Source: an uncultured delta proteobacterium | Lineage (GTDB): Bacteria > Desulfobacterota > Desulfobacteria > Desulfobacterales > JAHEIW01 | Assembly (NCBI GenBank): GCA_963706575.1 | Contig: CAVPNL010000003.1 | Span: forward strand, 416,001 to 480,000 | Direction of reading: 5' to 3' | Length of the DNA: 64,000 nt | The notes under the pieces: generated by a model | Databases searched by the model: none | Told to the model about the DNA's origin: nothing | The model's input: only the letters and a program-made list of their open reading frames with translations | Position numbers and translations under genes: made by a program | Shown: positions 9,573-18,973 of the stretch, one piece after another | Numbering within the stretch: the stretch's first letter is position 1 | How the letters are laid out: every line of letters begins with the position of its first letter

Positions 9573-11111
9573 ATGAAAGATCACGTACTCATATTTGATA
9601 CCACCTTAAGAGATGGTGAACAGAGTCCGGGCGCCAGCATGAATACGGCCGAAAAGCTGCGAATTGCCACTCAATTGGAGAAACTGGGAGTGAATATTTT
9701 GGAAGCCGGCTTTCCAGCCGCATCCCAAGGCGATATGGAAGCCGTTTCACGCATCGCCGGCAAATTGGAAAGAACGGAGGTGGCGGCCCTGGCGCGGACA
9801 TCCAAAGACGATATCGACCGTGCCTGGGAAGCCATCCGTCACGCCGCAAAACCCAGAATCCACACCTTTATTGCGACCTCTGACATCCACCTGGAATACA
9901 AATTAAAAATGACCAGGGACGAAGTGGTCACGACCGCAGTCGAGGCCGTAAAATATGCCACCACCTTAACCGATAATGTCGAGTTCTCGGCCGAGGATGG
10001 TTCCCGCAGCGATCGCGATTTTTTATGCAAGGTATTTGAAGCCGTCATCGAAGCCGGGGCCACGACGGTTAACCTGCCCGATACTGTCGGCTACGCCATT
10101 CCGCAGGAATTTTCTGATCTGGTTGGCTATGTGAAAGCCCATACGCCCAATATTGACAAAGCGGTGTTAAGCGTACATTGTCACAATGATTTGGGCCTGG
10201 CTACGGCAAACACGCTTTCGGCGATTACCGCGGGCGCCCGGCAGGCGGAGGTGACCATCAACGGAATCGGGGAACGGGCCGGCAACACTTCTCTGGAAGA
10301 AGTCGTCATGTCACTGGTGACCCGCTACAACGCTTTAGGGCTGACAACCTCCATTGATACCCGGCACATTTATCCCATCAGCCGACTGGTCAGCATGATC
10401 ACCGGCATTATCATACAACCCAATAAGGCCATTGTCGGCGCCAATGCATTTGCCCATGAGGCAGGGATTCATCAGGACGGAGTGCTGAAAAATCCCATGA
10501 CCTATGAAATCATGAAGCCGGAAACGATCGGCCTCAGTACCAACAAGCTTGTTCTGGGCAAACATTCCGGCAGACATGCGCTGCGCTCACGGCTAAAGAC
10601 CTTAGGCTACGATTTGTCCGATGAGGAAATCAACCTGGTTTTTACCCGATTCAAAGAACTGGCGGATAAGAAAAAGCACGTCGTCGATGAAGACCTGGAA
10701 GTCATCGTGACCGAGGGCATCTTGCGTACTGCGGATATTTTTAAACTTGAATATCTTCATGTAACGGCAGGGACAACCGTGTTGCCGATGGCCAGTGTCA
10801 AGCTTGATATCAACGGAAGGGCGGTGCAGGGCGCGGGCTATGGAAACGGACCGATTGATGCGGCGTTTAATGCCATCGGGAAGCTCACCGGAACCGAATC
10901 GGAACTGCTACGGTTCTCGGTCAGCGCCTTGACCGGCGGCACAGATGCCCAGGGGGAAGTCACCGTTCGCCTGAGCGAAAACGGACTTCTGGCCTTGGGT
11001 CGCGGTGCGGATCCGGACATCATCACCGCCAGTGCTAAAGCTTATGTAAACGGATTGAACCGGTTGGAATACCTCAAGACCCAACCGGTCAAGGAGACAA
11101 GTGTCCTCTGA
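9573..11111 (+). CDS. leuA: 2-isopropylmalate synthase
   Basis: FDTTLRDGEQSPG, HCHNDLG, GIGERAGN and HEAGIHQDG motifs; C-terminal regulatory domain. Confidence 0.97.
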   Translation: MKDHVLIFDTTLRDGEQSPGASMNTAEKLRIATQLEKLGVNILEAGFPAASQGDMEAVSRIAGKLERTEVAALARTSKDDIDRAWEAIRHAAKPRIHTFIATSDIHLEYKLKMTRDEVVTTAVEAVKYATTLTDNVEFSAEDGSRSDRDFLCKVFEAVIEAGATTVNLPDTVGYAIPQEFSDLVGYVKAHTPNIDKAVLSVHCHNDLGLATANTLSAITAGARQAEVTINGIGERAGNTSLEEVVMSLVTRYNALGLTTSIDTRHIYPISRLVSMITGIIIQPNKAIVGANAFAHEAGIHQDGVLKNPMTYEIMKPETIGLSTNKLVLGKHSGRHALRSRLKTLGYDLSDEEINLVFTRFKELADKKKHVVDEDLEVIVTEGILRTADIFKLEYLHVTAGTTVLPMASVKLDINGRAVQGAGYGNGPIDAAFNAIGKLTGTESELLRFSVSALTGGTDAQGEVTVRLSENGLLALGRGADPDIITASAKAYVNGLNRLEYLKTQPVKETSVL

Positions 11112-11134
11112 GTTTGGAGGATTAAAGTAAAGAA

Positions 11135-11212
11135 GATTGCGGAATGCGGATTCATAAGTATTTATCCCGCAGGATACCCAAATCCGCAATCCGCAATCAA
11201 AAATCCGCAATC
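11135..11212. repeat. Inverted heptamer array (GATTGCG / AATCCGC)
   Basis: gattgcg-gaatgcg-gatt ... aatccgc-aatccgc-aatcaaa-aatccgc-aatc between convergent leuA and pyrD; overlaps the pyrD stop. Confidence 0.85.
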
Positions 11213-12138
11213 GTTGTGTTTGTCTCCAGCGTCCCGATAATATCGGCGACCCTGTCAATGCTTTTGCGTGTCAGAAACATTTCGATACCGTCAATTATAT
11301 CGGTGGTGGCATGCGGTTTTACAAAATTGGCGGTGCCAATCTGGACTGCGGCCGCCCCGGCGATCAAAAACTCCAGCGCATCATCTGCGGTCATGATGCC
11401 TCCGATCCCGATAACCGGGATTTGGGTCGCCTGCGCCACCTGCCAGACCATTCGCAGGGCAACGGGCTTGATCGCCGGGCCCGAAAGCCCCCCGGTGATG
11501 TTGGCAATCTTAGGACGCCGGGTTTCAAGGTCTACGGCCATACCGGTAATGGTGTTGATCAGGGAAAGCGAATCGGCGCCCGCCGCCTCTGCCGCTCGAG
11601 CGATAACAGTAATATCCGTCACATTCGGCGATAATTTTACGATCAGGTGTTTGGTGGTTTTCGCGCGCACCGCCTCAACCACTCGCAAGACGGAATCCGG
11701 ATCGGAGCCAAATGCTATCCCCCCGGCTTTTACATTCGGGCACGATATATTAACTTCTACACCCGCGATGCCTTCCAGCGCGTCCAGGCGGGCGGCCAGC
11801 TCGGCATAATCCTCAATGGCGGTACCATAGATATTTGCAAAAATCGGCGGCGCAAGCGTTTGCAAAAACGGCAGCTTTTGACTTACAAAAGCGTCAATGC
11901 CCACATTTTCCAGACCGATGGCATTGAGCATACCGCAGGGCGTTTCAACGATTCGCGGCGGCGGGTTTCCTTTGGTCGGCTGTAACGAAAGCCCTTTTAC
12001 AATAATGGCCCCCAGTCGATTCAGATCGACGAGCTCTGCGAACTCCCGCGCATAACCGAAGGTGCCGGATGCGGTCATCACCGGGTTTTGAAGTTCGATA
12101 GCGCCAAGATTTACTTTTAAGTCGGGGGCTTTGCTCAT
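11197..12138 (-). CDS. pyrD: Dihydroorotate dehydrogenase, family 1B catalytic subunit
   Basis: ASGTFGY, NAIGLEN, NISCPN, KLSPN and GGLSGPAIKP motifs. Confidence 0.95.
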   Translation of the reverse strand: MSKAPDLKVNLGAIELQNPVMTASGTFGYAREFAELVDLNRLGAIIVKGLSLQPTKGNPPPRIVETPCGMLNAIGLENVGIDAFVSQKLPFLQTLAPPIFANIYGTAIEDYAELAARLDALEGIAGVEVNISCPNVKAGGIAFGSDPDSVLRVVEAVRAKTTKHLIVKLSPNVTDITVIARAAEAAGADSLSLINTITGMAVDLETRRPKIANITGGLSGPAIKPVALRMVWQVAQATQIPVIGIGGIMTADDALEFLIAGAAAVQIGTANFVKPHATTDIIDGIEMFLTRKSIDRVADIIGTLETNTTIADF

Positions 12139-12312
12139 TTTAGATGCTCACCAGCGATAGTCGTTAAGTATCGAAAATCAACAAATGCAAAAATGATTGT
12201 CAATTTTTATTGAATGTTTGTATAAAATATCTGCCCAGATGAGTCAACAGCCAGGTCGTTTGCATAGAAATCCCTAAACATTGCAGGAAATGAAATTAGC
12301 ATAATATTTTAA

Positions 12313-14175
12313 ATGGATAATAAATCTAAAGCTGCATTGCGTAAAATCGCATTGATCTCCACCCCCTGGCCTCTTTACAGCCGTCCTTCCATCCAGTTGG
12401 GATCATTAAAGGCGTTTTTGCATGCTCGGATCCCGGATCTGAAAATTGACGCCTTTCATTTTTACCTGTCCGTTGCGGAAGCCATCGGTTATCGACTTTA
12501 CCATGATATTTCAGAGCGCACCTGGCTGGCAGAAAGTGTGTATACTGCCCTATTGTATCCAAAGCGCATTAAACAGGCCGAAGCCCTTTTTCGCAAAGAA
12601 GCGCCCGCAGGAGCAAAATTACGAAAGATCAATTTCAGGACCTTGACCCGCCGGATCAAAACGGCAACAGACGCGTTTATTGACAGTCAAAACTGGCAGA
12701 CCTATGGGTTGCTCGGTTTTACGATCTCGCTCTGCCAGCTGACATCGGCGCTTTATGTCATCAAACGCATCAAAAAGAAATTTCCCGACCTGATGATCGT
12801 GGTCGGGGGTGCCTTAACCCCGGGAATTGCCGCCCCTGGTATCCTGAAAAGCTTCCCGCAAGTAGATGTTGTCGTAAATGGCGAAGGCGAAATACCTTTA
12901 TATCACATTATTGACCATCTCAGGCGAACACCACCTGATTCGGATTTATCAAAAATTCAGGGCGTTTTCACCCGGCTCAGTGATACGGCACGACCCGATC
13001 GGGCTTCCTTCTCGCAGCTGAACGCATTGGATGAACTAACGACTCCGGATTACGATGATTATTTTGAACTTCTCAAAACATTTGATGCCGGCAAGTCCTT
13101 TTTCCCTACCCTGCCCGTTGAAATATCAAGGGGATGCTGGTGGAAACGCGCCGACGGATCCGCCAAGGTAACCGGATGCGCTTTCTGCAACCTGAATCTT
13201 CAATGGGATGGATACCGCAGCAAGCCGGCGTCTCAAGTGGCTACTGAAATCGATTATTTGACGGACCGGTACCAGACACTTTCGGTTGCGATAATGGATA
13301 ATGTCCTGCCGAAAAAAGAAGCCATCGACATATTCAGGCAAATTGCGGGGCTCGGTAAAGACCTGCGCCTTTTCGGTGAAGTCAGGGCGACCACGCCTTG
13401 GCGGAAACTAAAGGCCATGGGGGATTGCGGAATGCGGGAAGTGCAGATTGGGATTGAAGCCCTTAGCAGCAGTCTCCTGAAAAAGCTGCACAAGGGCACC
13501 AGTGCCATCCAGAATCTTGAAATCATGAAAAATTGTGAGGCGCTCGACATCCGAAACATATCAAACCTTATCCTGCAGTTTCCGGGAAGCAGTGAACAGG
13601 ATGTGGCCGAGACATTGAAGACTCTCGAATTTGCCCTGCCGTTTTACCCGCTTAAAGCAGTCAGTTTCTGGCTGGGATTGGAAAGTCCCGTGTGGCAGCA
13701 TCCTAAAAAATTCGGGGCCCAGGCAGTGTTTAATCATCCCAACTACGCCTTTCTCTTCCCTGAAGGAATTCGTCGAACGTTGCCGTTGATGATCCAGGCC
13801 TATCGTGGAGACCTGACATATCAGAAAAAAATCTGGAAGCCGGTGAAAAAAAGGATCTCCGATTGGCAAAAACAGTATGTGGAAATTCAAAAGGGATCGG
13901 GCGATTCACCGATCTTAAGCTTTCGCGACGGAAGAAATTTCATGATCATTCGCCAGAAGCGATTTCGGGCCGAGCCTGCCGTTCATCGCCTGGTGGGCGC
14001 TTCCAGAGAAATCTACTTATTTTGCCAGAAGCACCGCTCGATCAAGGCCATCTTCTCTGCATTTCCCGATATATCGCAGGATACCATTGAAAATTTTTTA
14101 AGTATGATGGCAGATAAGAAGTTGATGTTTGCAGAAAAAAATAAGTATTTGAGCCTGGCGTCGGCGGTGAAGTAA
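12313..14175 (+). CDS. Cobalamin-dependent radical SAM enzyme, RiPP-maturation C-methyltransferase-like (PoyC/TIGR03975-like)
   Basis: N-terminal PW...RPSIQLGSLKA, B12-binding-like region (VVGG, GEGE), EISRGCWW-...-CAFCNLN (Cx13Cx2C), VQIGIEALS. Confidence 0.8.
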   Translation: MDNKSKAALRKIALISTPWPLYSRPSIQLGSLKAFLHARIPDLKIDAFHFYLSVAEAIGYRLYHDISERTWLAESVYTALLYPKRIKQAEALFRKEAPAGAKLRKINFRTLTRRIKTATDAFIDSQNWQTYGLLGFTISLCQLTSALYVIKRIKKKFPDLMIVVGGALTPGIAAPGILKSFPQVDVVVNGEGEIPLYHIIDHLRRTPPDSDLSKIQGVFTRLSDTARPDRASFSQLNALDELTTPDYDDYFELLKTFDAGKSFFPTLPVEISRGCWWKRADGSAKVTGCAFCNLNLQWDGYRSKPASQVATEIDYLTDRYQTLSVAIMDNVLPKKEAIDIFRQIAGLGKDLRLFGEVRATTPWRKLKAMGDCGMREVQIGIEALSSSLLKKLHKGTSAIQNLEIMKNCEALDIRNISNLILQFPGSSEQDVAETLKTLEFALPFYPLKAVSFWLGLESPVWQHPKKFGAQAVFNHPNYAFLFPEGIRRTLPLMIQAYRGDLTYQKKIWKPVKKRISDWQKQYVEIQKGSGDSPILSFRDGRNFMIIRQKRFRAEPAVHRLVGASREIYLFCQKHRSIKAIFSAFPDISQDTIENFLSMMADKKLMFAEKNKYLSLASAVK

Positions 14176-14181
14176 AAAAGA

Positions 14182-14200
14182 TAGCGCCCATCTCAAAAAT
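14182..14200 (+). repeat. Solo copy of the MITE terminal repeat
   Basis: TAGCGCCCATCTCAAAAAT resembles TAGAACCTGTCTCAAAAAT at 3791. Confidence 0.5.
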
Positions 14201-14561
14201 GAGCATCTGCCCCTTGACAGATAAATAGCTTATATGCAACTAATGCGTGTTAGAAACCCATATTGAAATTAAGGACTTAATGCTTATCTTACTTTGTAAC
14301 CAAATGCTGCTAGCCTAAACAACACTGCGCCTCAGAACGAGCAACGATCTCAGAGATGAAGTTTTTTGAAGGGGAGCGCCTATCACGTCTCAAAGAACTT
14401 TATTGAACACGCTCATCAACCATATAGTTTTCACATTCAATGTATTCGTGTTTGAGTCTATTTAAGAGAGAAAAAACTGGTTCCGTGGACCATGAGTTAC
14501 CTTGGCGAGCTGACATCCGGACCGATCAAAAATATCGGTATTAAAAGGAGGAGGAGTCGAC

Positions 14562-15725
14562 ATGGGGAATATAAAAATTGCGATAGTCGGTTTAGGGAAC
14601 TGCGCCAGTTCACTGGTACAGGGAATTTACTATTATCGTGATCGAGGCCCTATAAATGCCATCGGCCTGATGCACTGGGAGATCGGAGGCTACACGCCCG
14701 GCGATATTGAAGTGGTGGCTGCCTTTGATATCGACAAGCGCAAAGTCGGCAAAGATGTTAATGAAGCCATATTTTCTCTCCCCAACTGCACGACGGTGTT
14801 CTGTGATCACCTACCCGCCGCAGGGGTTACCGTGCGGATGGGCCGTATTGCGGACGGCGTCGCCGATCATATGAAGGAATATGAAGACCGCTACACCTTT
14901 TTGCCGGCAGATCTGCCGGAGCCTTCTTTTGAAGACGTTGTCAGGGTACTGAAAGAATCCAGGGCTGACATTCTTTTGAATTATGTGCCCGTTGGCTCGG
15001 AGAAGGCGGCTCGCTTTTATGCAGAATGCGCGCTGGAGGCCCGTGTGGCGTTGGTCAACAACATTCCGGTGTTTATTGCCAGCGATCCGGAGTGGGCCAG
15101 GCGTTTTGCTGAAAAAAATGTTCCGTTGATCGGCGACGACATTAAATCACAGCTGGGCGCCACCATCACCCACCGCGTCTTGACCGATCTGTTTAAAAAA
15201 CGCGGTGTCAAGATGGAGCGTACCTATCAGTTAAATACCGGTGGAAACACGGATTTTCTCAATATGCTCAACCGCCATCGCTTAAAATCCAAAAAGAAAT
15301 CCAAAACCGAAGCCGTTCAATCGGTTGCCGCCCGGCGATTGAAAAATGAAAACATCCACATCGGCCCCAGTGATTACGTGCCCTGGCAAAAAGACAACAA
15401 AATTTGCTTCATACGCATGGAAGGCAAGCTTTTCGGTGATGTCCCCATGGACCTGGAACTCAGGCTTTCGGTGGAAGATTCACCCAACTCCGCCGGAGTG
15501 GCCATCGATTCGCTGCGCTGCGCAAAGCTGGCGCTCGAGCGGGGTGAAGGCGGCGTCCTGGAAGCGCCATCCGCATATTTCTGCAAGCATCCCCCGCGAC
15601 AGTTCACCGACGATGAAGCCTATCAAATGCTGGAAAATTTTATTAAAAAATTTCCGGGCAACGTTCGTGAAATGTCTGATTATCGCCGCAAAAAAGGGCA
15701 AGAAGTCACCGCAAAAGAAAAATAA
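14562..15725 (+). CDS. ino1: myo-Inositol-1(3)-phosphate synthase
   Basis: [35 protein letters not shown] and EDSPNSAG motifs; strong SD AGGAGG. Confidence 0.93.
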   Translation: MGNIKIAIVGLGNCASSLVQGIYYYRDRGPINAIGLMHWEIGGYTPGDIEVVAAFDIDKRKVGKDVNEAIFSLPNCTTVFCDHLPAAGVTVRMGRIADGVADHMKEYEDRYTFLPADLPEPSFEDVVRVLKESRADILLNYVPVGSEKAARFYAECALEARVALVNNIPVFIASDPEWARRFAEKNVPLIGDDIKSQLGATITHRVLTDLFKKRGVKMERTYQLNTGGNTDFLNMLNRHRLKSKKKSKTEAVQSVAARRLKNENIHIGPSDYVPWQKDNKICFIRMEGKLFGDVPMDLELRLSVEDSPNSAGVAIDSLRCAKLALERGEGGVLEAPSAYFCKHPPRQFTDDEAYQMLENFIKKFPGNVREMSDYRRKKGQEVTAKEK

Positions 15726-15731
15726 AAGCTG

Positions 15732-16754
15732 TTAGCTGAAAAAATTCAAATTCGGTCTGGAAACAGTTTCGAGCGGCCGCTCAAAAAATCGCTGAAGATT
15801 TTTTTTCGCTTCGGCCATATTTTCAGCCCTTTGGATGCTGCTGAAAAGGGTATGGCCGAATTTGAAATTGGCGGAAAAATAGAATCCAAATTTTTTAAAG
15901 CGCCGCAATGCCTTAGGCTGATCAAAATGTTTCTCCAGAAGCCCGGCCAGCCGCAAGGCACTTTCTAGATAAATCTCGGAACAGCACTGATACCCGTCCG
16001 TCCATTCTGCAAACAACCAGGGTCTGGCGATCGCCATCCGCCCGATGGCCACTCCGTCACATCCGGTGGTCGTAATCATCTTCAGGCAATCCGTTTGATC
16101 AAAAACATCGCCATTACCGAACACCGGAATGGCCACCGCCTGCTTGACCCTGCCGATATATTCCCATTTGGGCGGCCGCGAGCGGCGGTCGGGTGCCGCC
16201 CTGGGATGGAACGTCAATGCATCCGCGCCGGCGTCTTCGAAACGCCGGGCCATGTCCATGGCCATTCGGGGATTATCTTTCCCGCCGATGCGGTATTTGA
16301 CGAATAATGGGATGGATACCGCTTTACGGACTTCAGACACGATTTTGGCGGCCAGGTCCGGCGTATTTAAAATTGCCGCACCGCCATTTTGCCGGCATAT
16401 GGATGCTTTGCAACAGCCGAAATTGATGTCGACGCCAAAAAACTGTTCGGCTTCAATGCGTCGCGCGGCAGCCGCCATGTTCATTGGATCGCCACCAAAA
16501 ATCTGGCAGACCAGATGGGAAAGCTCGGCATCACGCCATCTGAAATAGGTCGACCGCTGCCGATTCTCGTTTGGAATTCTTTTGGCACTGCACATTTCGG
16601 TAAACAGCAGGCCGTATCCGCCGTAGTTTTGAACCAGTTGCCGAAAGGCCACATTGCCCAAAAATGCCATCGGGGCAAGAACCAGTCGCTTTTCAATGGA
16701 GGTGTTACCGATATTCAGCGGGCGGTTTAGGATGTCGGCAAGCTTTAAATTCAT
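15732..16754 (-). CDS. tRNA-dihydrouridine synthase family protein
   Basis: LAPMA, TEM, QIFG, DINFGC, HPR, GNGDV and GVAIGR motifs. Confidence 0.88.
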   Translation of the reverse strand: MNLKLADILNRPLNIGNTSIEKRLVLAPMAFLGNVAFRQLVQNYGGYGLLFTEMCSAKRIPNENRQRSTYFRWRDAELSHLVCQIFGGDPMNMAAAARRIEAEQFFGVDINFGCCKASICRQNGGAAILNTPDLAAKIVSEVRKAVSIPLFVKYRIGGKDNPRMAMDMARRFEDAGADALTFHPRAAPDRRSRPPKWEYIGRVKQAVAIPVFGNGDVFDQTDCLKMITTTGCDGVAIGRMAIARPWLFAEWTDGYQCCSEIYLESALRLAGLLEKHFDQPKALRRFKKFGFYFSANFKFGHTLFSSIQRAENMAEAKKNLQRFFERPLETVSRPNLNFFS

Positions 16755-17041
16755 ATTCGCTCACTTCGTTCATCCTGCTTATGGCAGGAGAATGTGTGAA
16801 TAAGGGGATAATACGACAGGGTCCTTTATTTTTAAGGGCTCCGGTTGAATTTATCAGATTTACTGACCATTTGAAACCGCTTTTCGGCTGTGCAGGCGGC
16901 ATTTCGCTGTCCTTTGCAGCTAAAAACGCTTATTTCATTTGAAAAAGCAGGATTCATCGAATATAGTTTTTCCAAAACCCGTTGATTCAACCGCATGCCA
17001 GATAGGTGGCACGTAATCTTTTAGGTCTCTTTGATATAATT

Positions 17042-17130
17042 ACCACAGAGCCCGCAGAGCACACAGAGAAAACAATCCAAAACTCGATTCTTATAAATTC
17101 TTTTTCTGTGGTCTCTATGCGCTCTGTGGT
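17042..17130. repeat. Inverted nonamer array (ACCACAGAG / CTCTGTGGT)
   Basis: accacagag-cccgcagag-cacacagag ... ttctgtggt-ctctatgcg-ctctgtggt. Confidence 0.85.
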
Positions 17131-17154
17131 AAAAAAAAACTTCCAGGGTACGGC

Positions 17155-18042
17155 ATGATCGAAAAAGGGATCGCTGTAATCGGTTCAACGACCATCGATA
17201 AAATTATCCATCGGGATTTCAGCCGGTTTAAAATCGGCGGCGTAACAACATACTCGGGAATAACCTACAGCCGACATGGCATCAAGACTTGGGTGCTGAC
17301 CAACATAGCCAACCGCGATCGCGAAATTATCAAGCGATTAAAGCAAGAATCCATCGTCGTCTGTAACGGTCAGACCGAAAGCACCACCTGTTTTAGGAAT
17401 CTGCTTAATGATGGTGACGATAAACGCCGGCAATATATTCTGCAGCAGGCCGCCCCCATAAACCGGAGCCAGTTAAACGAAAATCTCAAGGCTGTCGGTT
17501 TTGTTCACCTGGGCCCCTTACACCCGTCAGATATAGACGTGAGGGCCATCGAATTGATAGACCGTCTTAAGCCTCTGGTTATCCTGGATGTCCAGGGTTT
17601 TCTGCGATCTTTAAAAAACAAAATCGTCTATCCGGCGGTTTCAGAGCATTTGCCTGCAGCGATGCGGGTTTCCCATATCGTAAAGGCGAACCGGCAGGAG
17701 TATGAGTCCCTCATTGACTTTTTCCGGACGGATTTAACGGAATTAATGCGCCAATTTAAAATCAACGAATTCGTTGTTACAACCGGACATAAAGGCGGTT
17801 TCGTGCAAACGATTACCGGAGAAGAAATCACTTATCCGGCAGCCGGTAAAAAATCGAATGGAGACCCGACCGGTGCGGGTGACATCTTTTTGGCCGCATA
17901 TGTTATCGACCGGTTCTATAACCGCCGATCGATTAGGGAAGCCTGTCAATATGCGGCAAAATTAGCTGCCCGGCAAATCGAAGGAAACTATATCAAGCCT
18001 GACGATCTTTCACTTGAGGATTGGAAAGAACATCGCTTCTGA
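17155..18042 (+). CDS. PfkB/ribokinase-family kinase (myo-inositol kinase-like)
   Basis: IGG substrate motif, LDVQGFLR, KAN..E and DPTGAGD motifs. Confidence 0.8.
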   Translation: MIEKGIAVIGSTTIDKIIHRDFSRFKIGGVTTYSGITYSRHGIKTWVLTNIANRDREIIKRLKQESIVVCNGQTESTTCFRNLLNDGDDKRRQYILQQAAPINRSQLNENLKAVGFVHLGPLHPSDIDVRAIELIDRLKPLVILDVQGFLRSLKNKIVYPAVSEHLPAAMRVSHIVKANRQEYESLIDFFRTDLTELMRQFKINEFVVTTGHKGGFVQTITGEEITYPAAGKKSNGDPTGAGDIFLAAYVIDRFYNRRSIREACQYAAKLAARQIEGNYIKPDDLSLEDWKEHRF

Positions 18043-18053
18043 AGGGGTACCCA

Positions 18054-18689
18054 ATGGCCGGTACAAATCGACGCTTACTTCCAGAAAGTTTACAAAACAT
18101 ATTTTTGAGACTGTTGGATCCGCTGGTTAGAGCGCTGGCCAAACGGAGGATACATCCCAATAGCCTCACCCTGGCCGGATTCGTTATTACATGCATGGCT
18201 GCGGTTGCGCTGTCCAAGGGCAGCCTGCGCACCGGCGGCCTGTTGATCTTGCTGGGCGGATTATGTGACAGCCTTGACGGCAATCTGGCCCGTTCCACCG
18301 GCAAAGCGACCCGGTTTGGCGCTCTGTTAGACTCCGTAATTGATCGCTATTCCGAATTTGTTATGTTTTTGGGCATTGCGGCCTATTTTATCATATTAAA
18401 AAACTATTTTATTTTAGTCGTGACGTTTATTGCGCTGTGCGGTTCAATAATGGTCAGCTATACGCGAGCACGGGCTGAAAGCCTTGGATTTGAATCAAAG
18501 GCGGGTATCACCCAGCGTGCCGAGCGGATTGTTTTTTTGGGATTCGGCGCTTTAATCCATCCGATGGCTTTTAAACTGTCTATCTGGCTCGTCGCCATTC
18601 TATCGAATATTACGGCATTGCAACGCCTTCGCCTGACCGCTAAGCATGAGGCAAGCCTTAGCGATCAAAAGCCGCCGATCGACTCATAA
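18054..18689 (+). CDS. CDP-alcohol phosphatidyltransferase (PI/PIP synthase-like)
   Basis: HPNSLT and DSLDGNLAR...FGALLDSVIDR signature; SYTRARAE; RAER; ATG 18054 preferred over TTG 18021. Confidence 0.9.
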   Translation: MAGTNRRLLPESLQNIFLRLLDPLVRALAKRRIHPNSLTLAGFVITCMAAVALSKGSLRTGGLLILLGGLCDSLDGNLARSTGKATRFGALLDSVIDRYSEFVMFLGIAAYFIILKNYFILVVTFIALCGSIMVSYTRARAESLGFESKAGITQRAERIVFLGFGALIHPMAFKLSIWLVAILSNITALQRLRLTAKHEASLSDQKPPIDS

Positions 18690-18854
18690 ATCCTGCCGGT
18701 CGAGCCCAATGGCATTCAAATATTAAATCAAAATCTGGAGATTTTGCGAGCACGCCCACCCTTTTAAGGGTTGCACTGGAAATGTATAAGGCGTCCGGGG
18801 ACCCGCGCTTCTATCCGCCGTTAATGCTCGTGCGGATGGTGAAAAACAAAGAAT

Positions 18855-18973
18855 CCTGCGGCGAGCTCAGCCGAGTCGAAGCCACTCCCACCTCTCAATG
18901 CCATAAGTGGGAGCGGCATCCTGCCACGAAACGCAGCTCCGGGAAGAAAGATAGGCTTTCGAAACCAATTTTA
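18855..18973 (-). repeat. Composite repeat element starting at the hypD stop codon; homologous to 22697-22840
   Basis: Reverse complement aligns with 22697-22829, including the REP arms and the cgactcggctgagctcg hairpin. Confidence 0.85.

Noticed and set aside
11144..11809. 221-aa plus-strand ORF
   Set aside because: Antisense to pyrD; its N-terminus is translated heptamer repeat
17008..17025. Sigma54 promoter at TGGCACG upstream of the PfkB gene
   Set aside because: No TTGC -12 element at the required spacing
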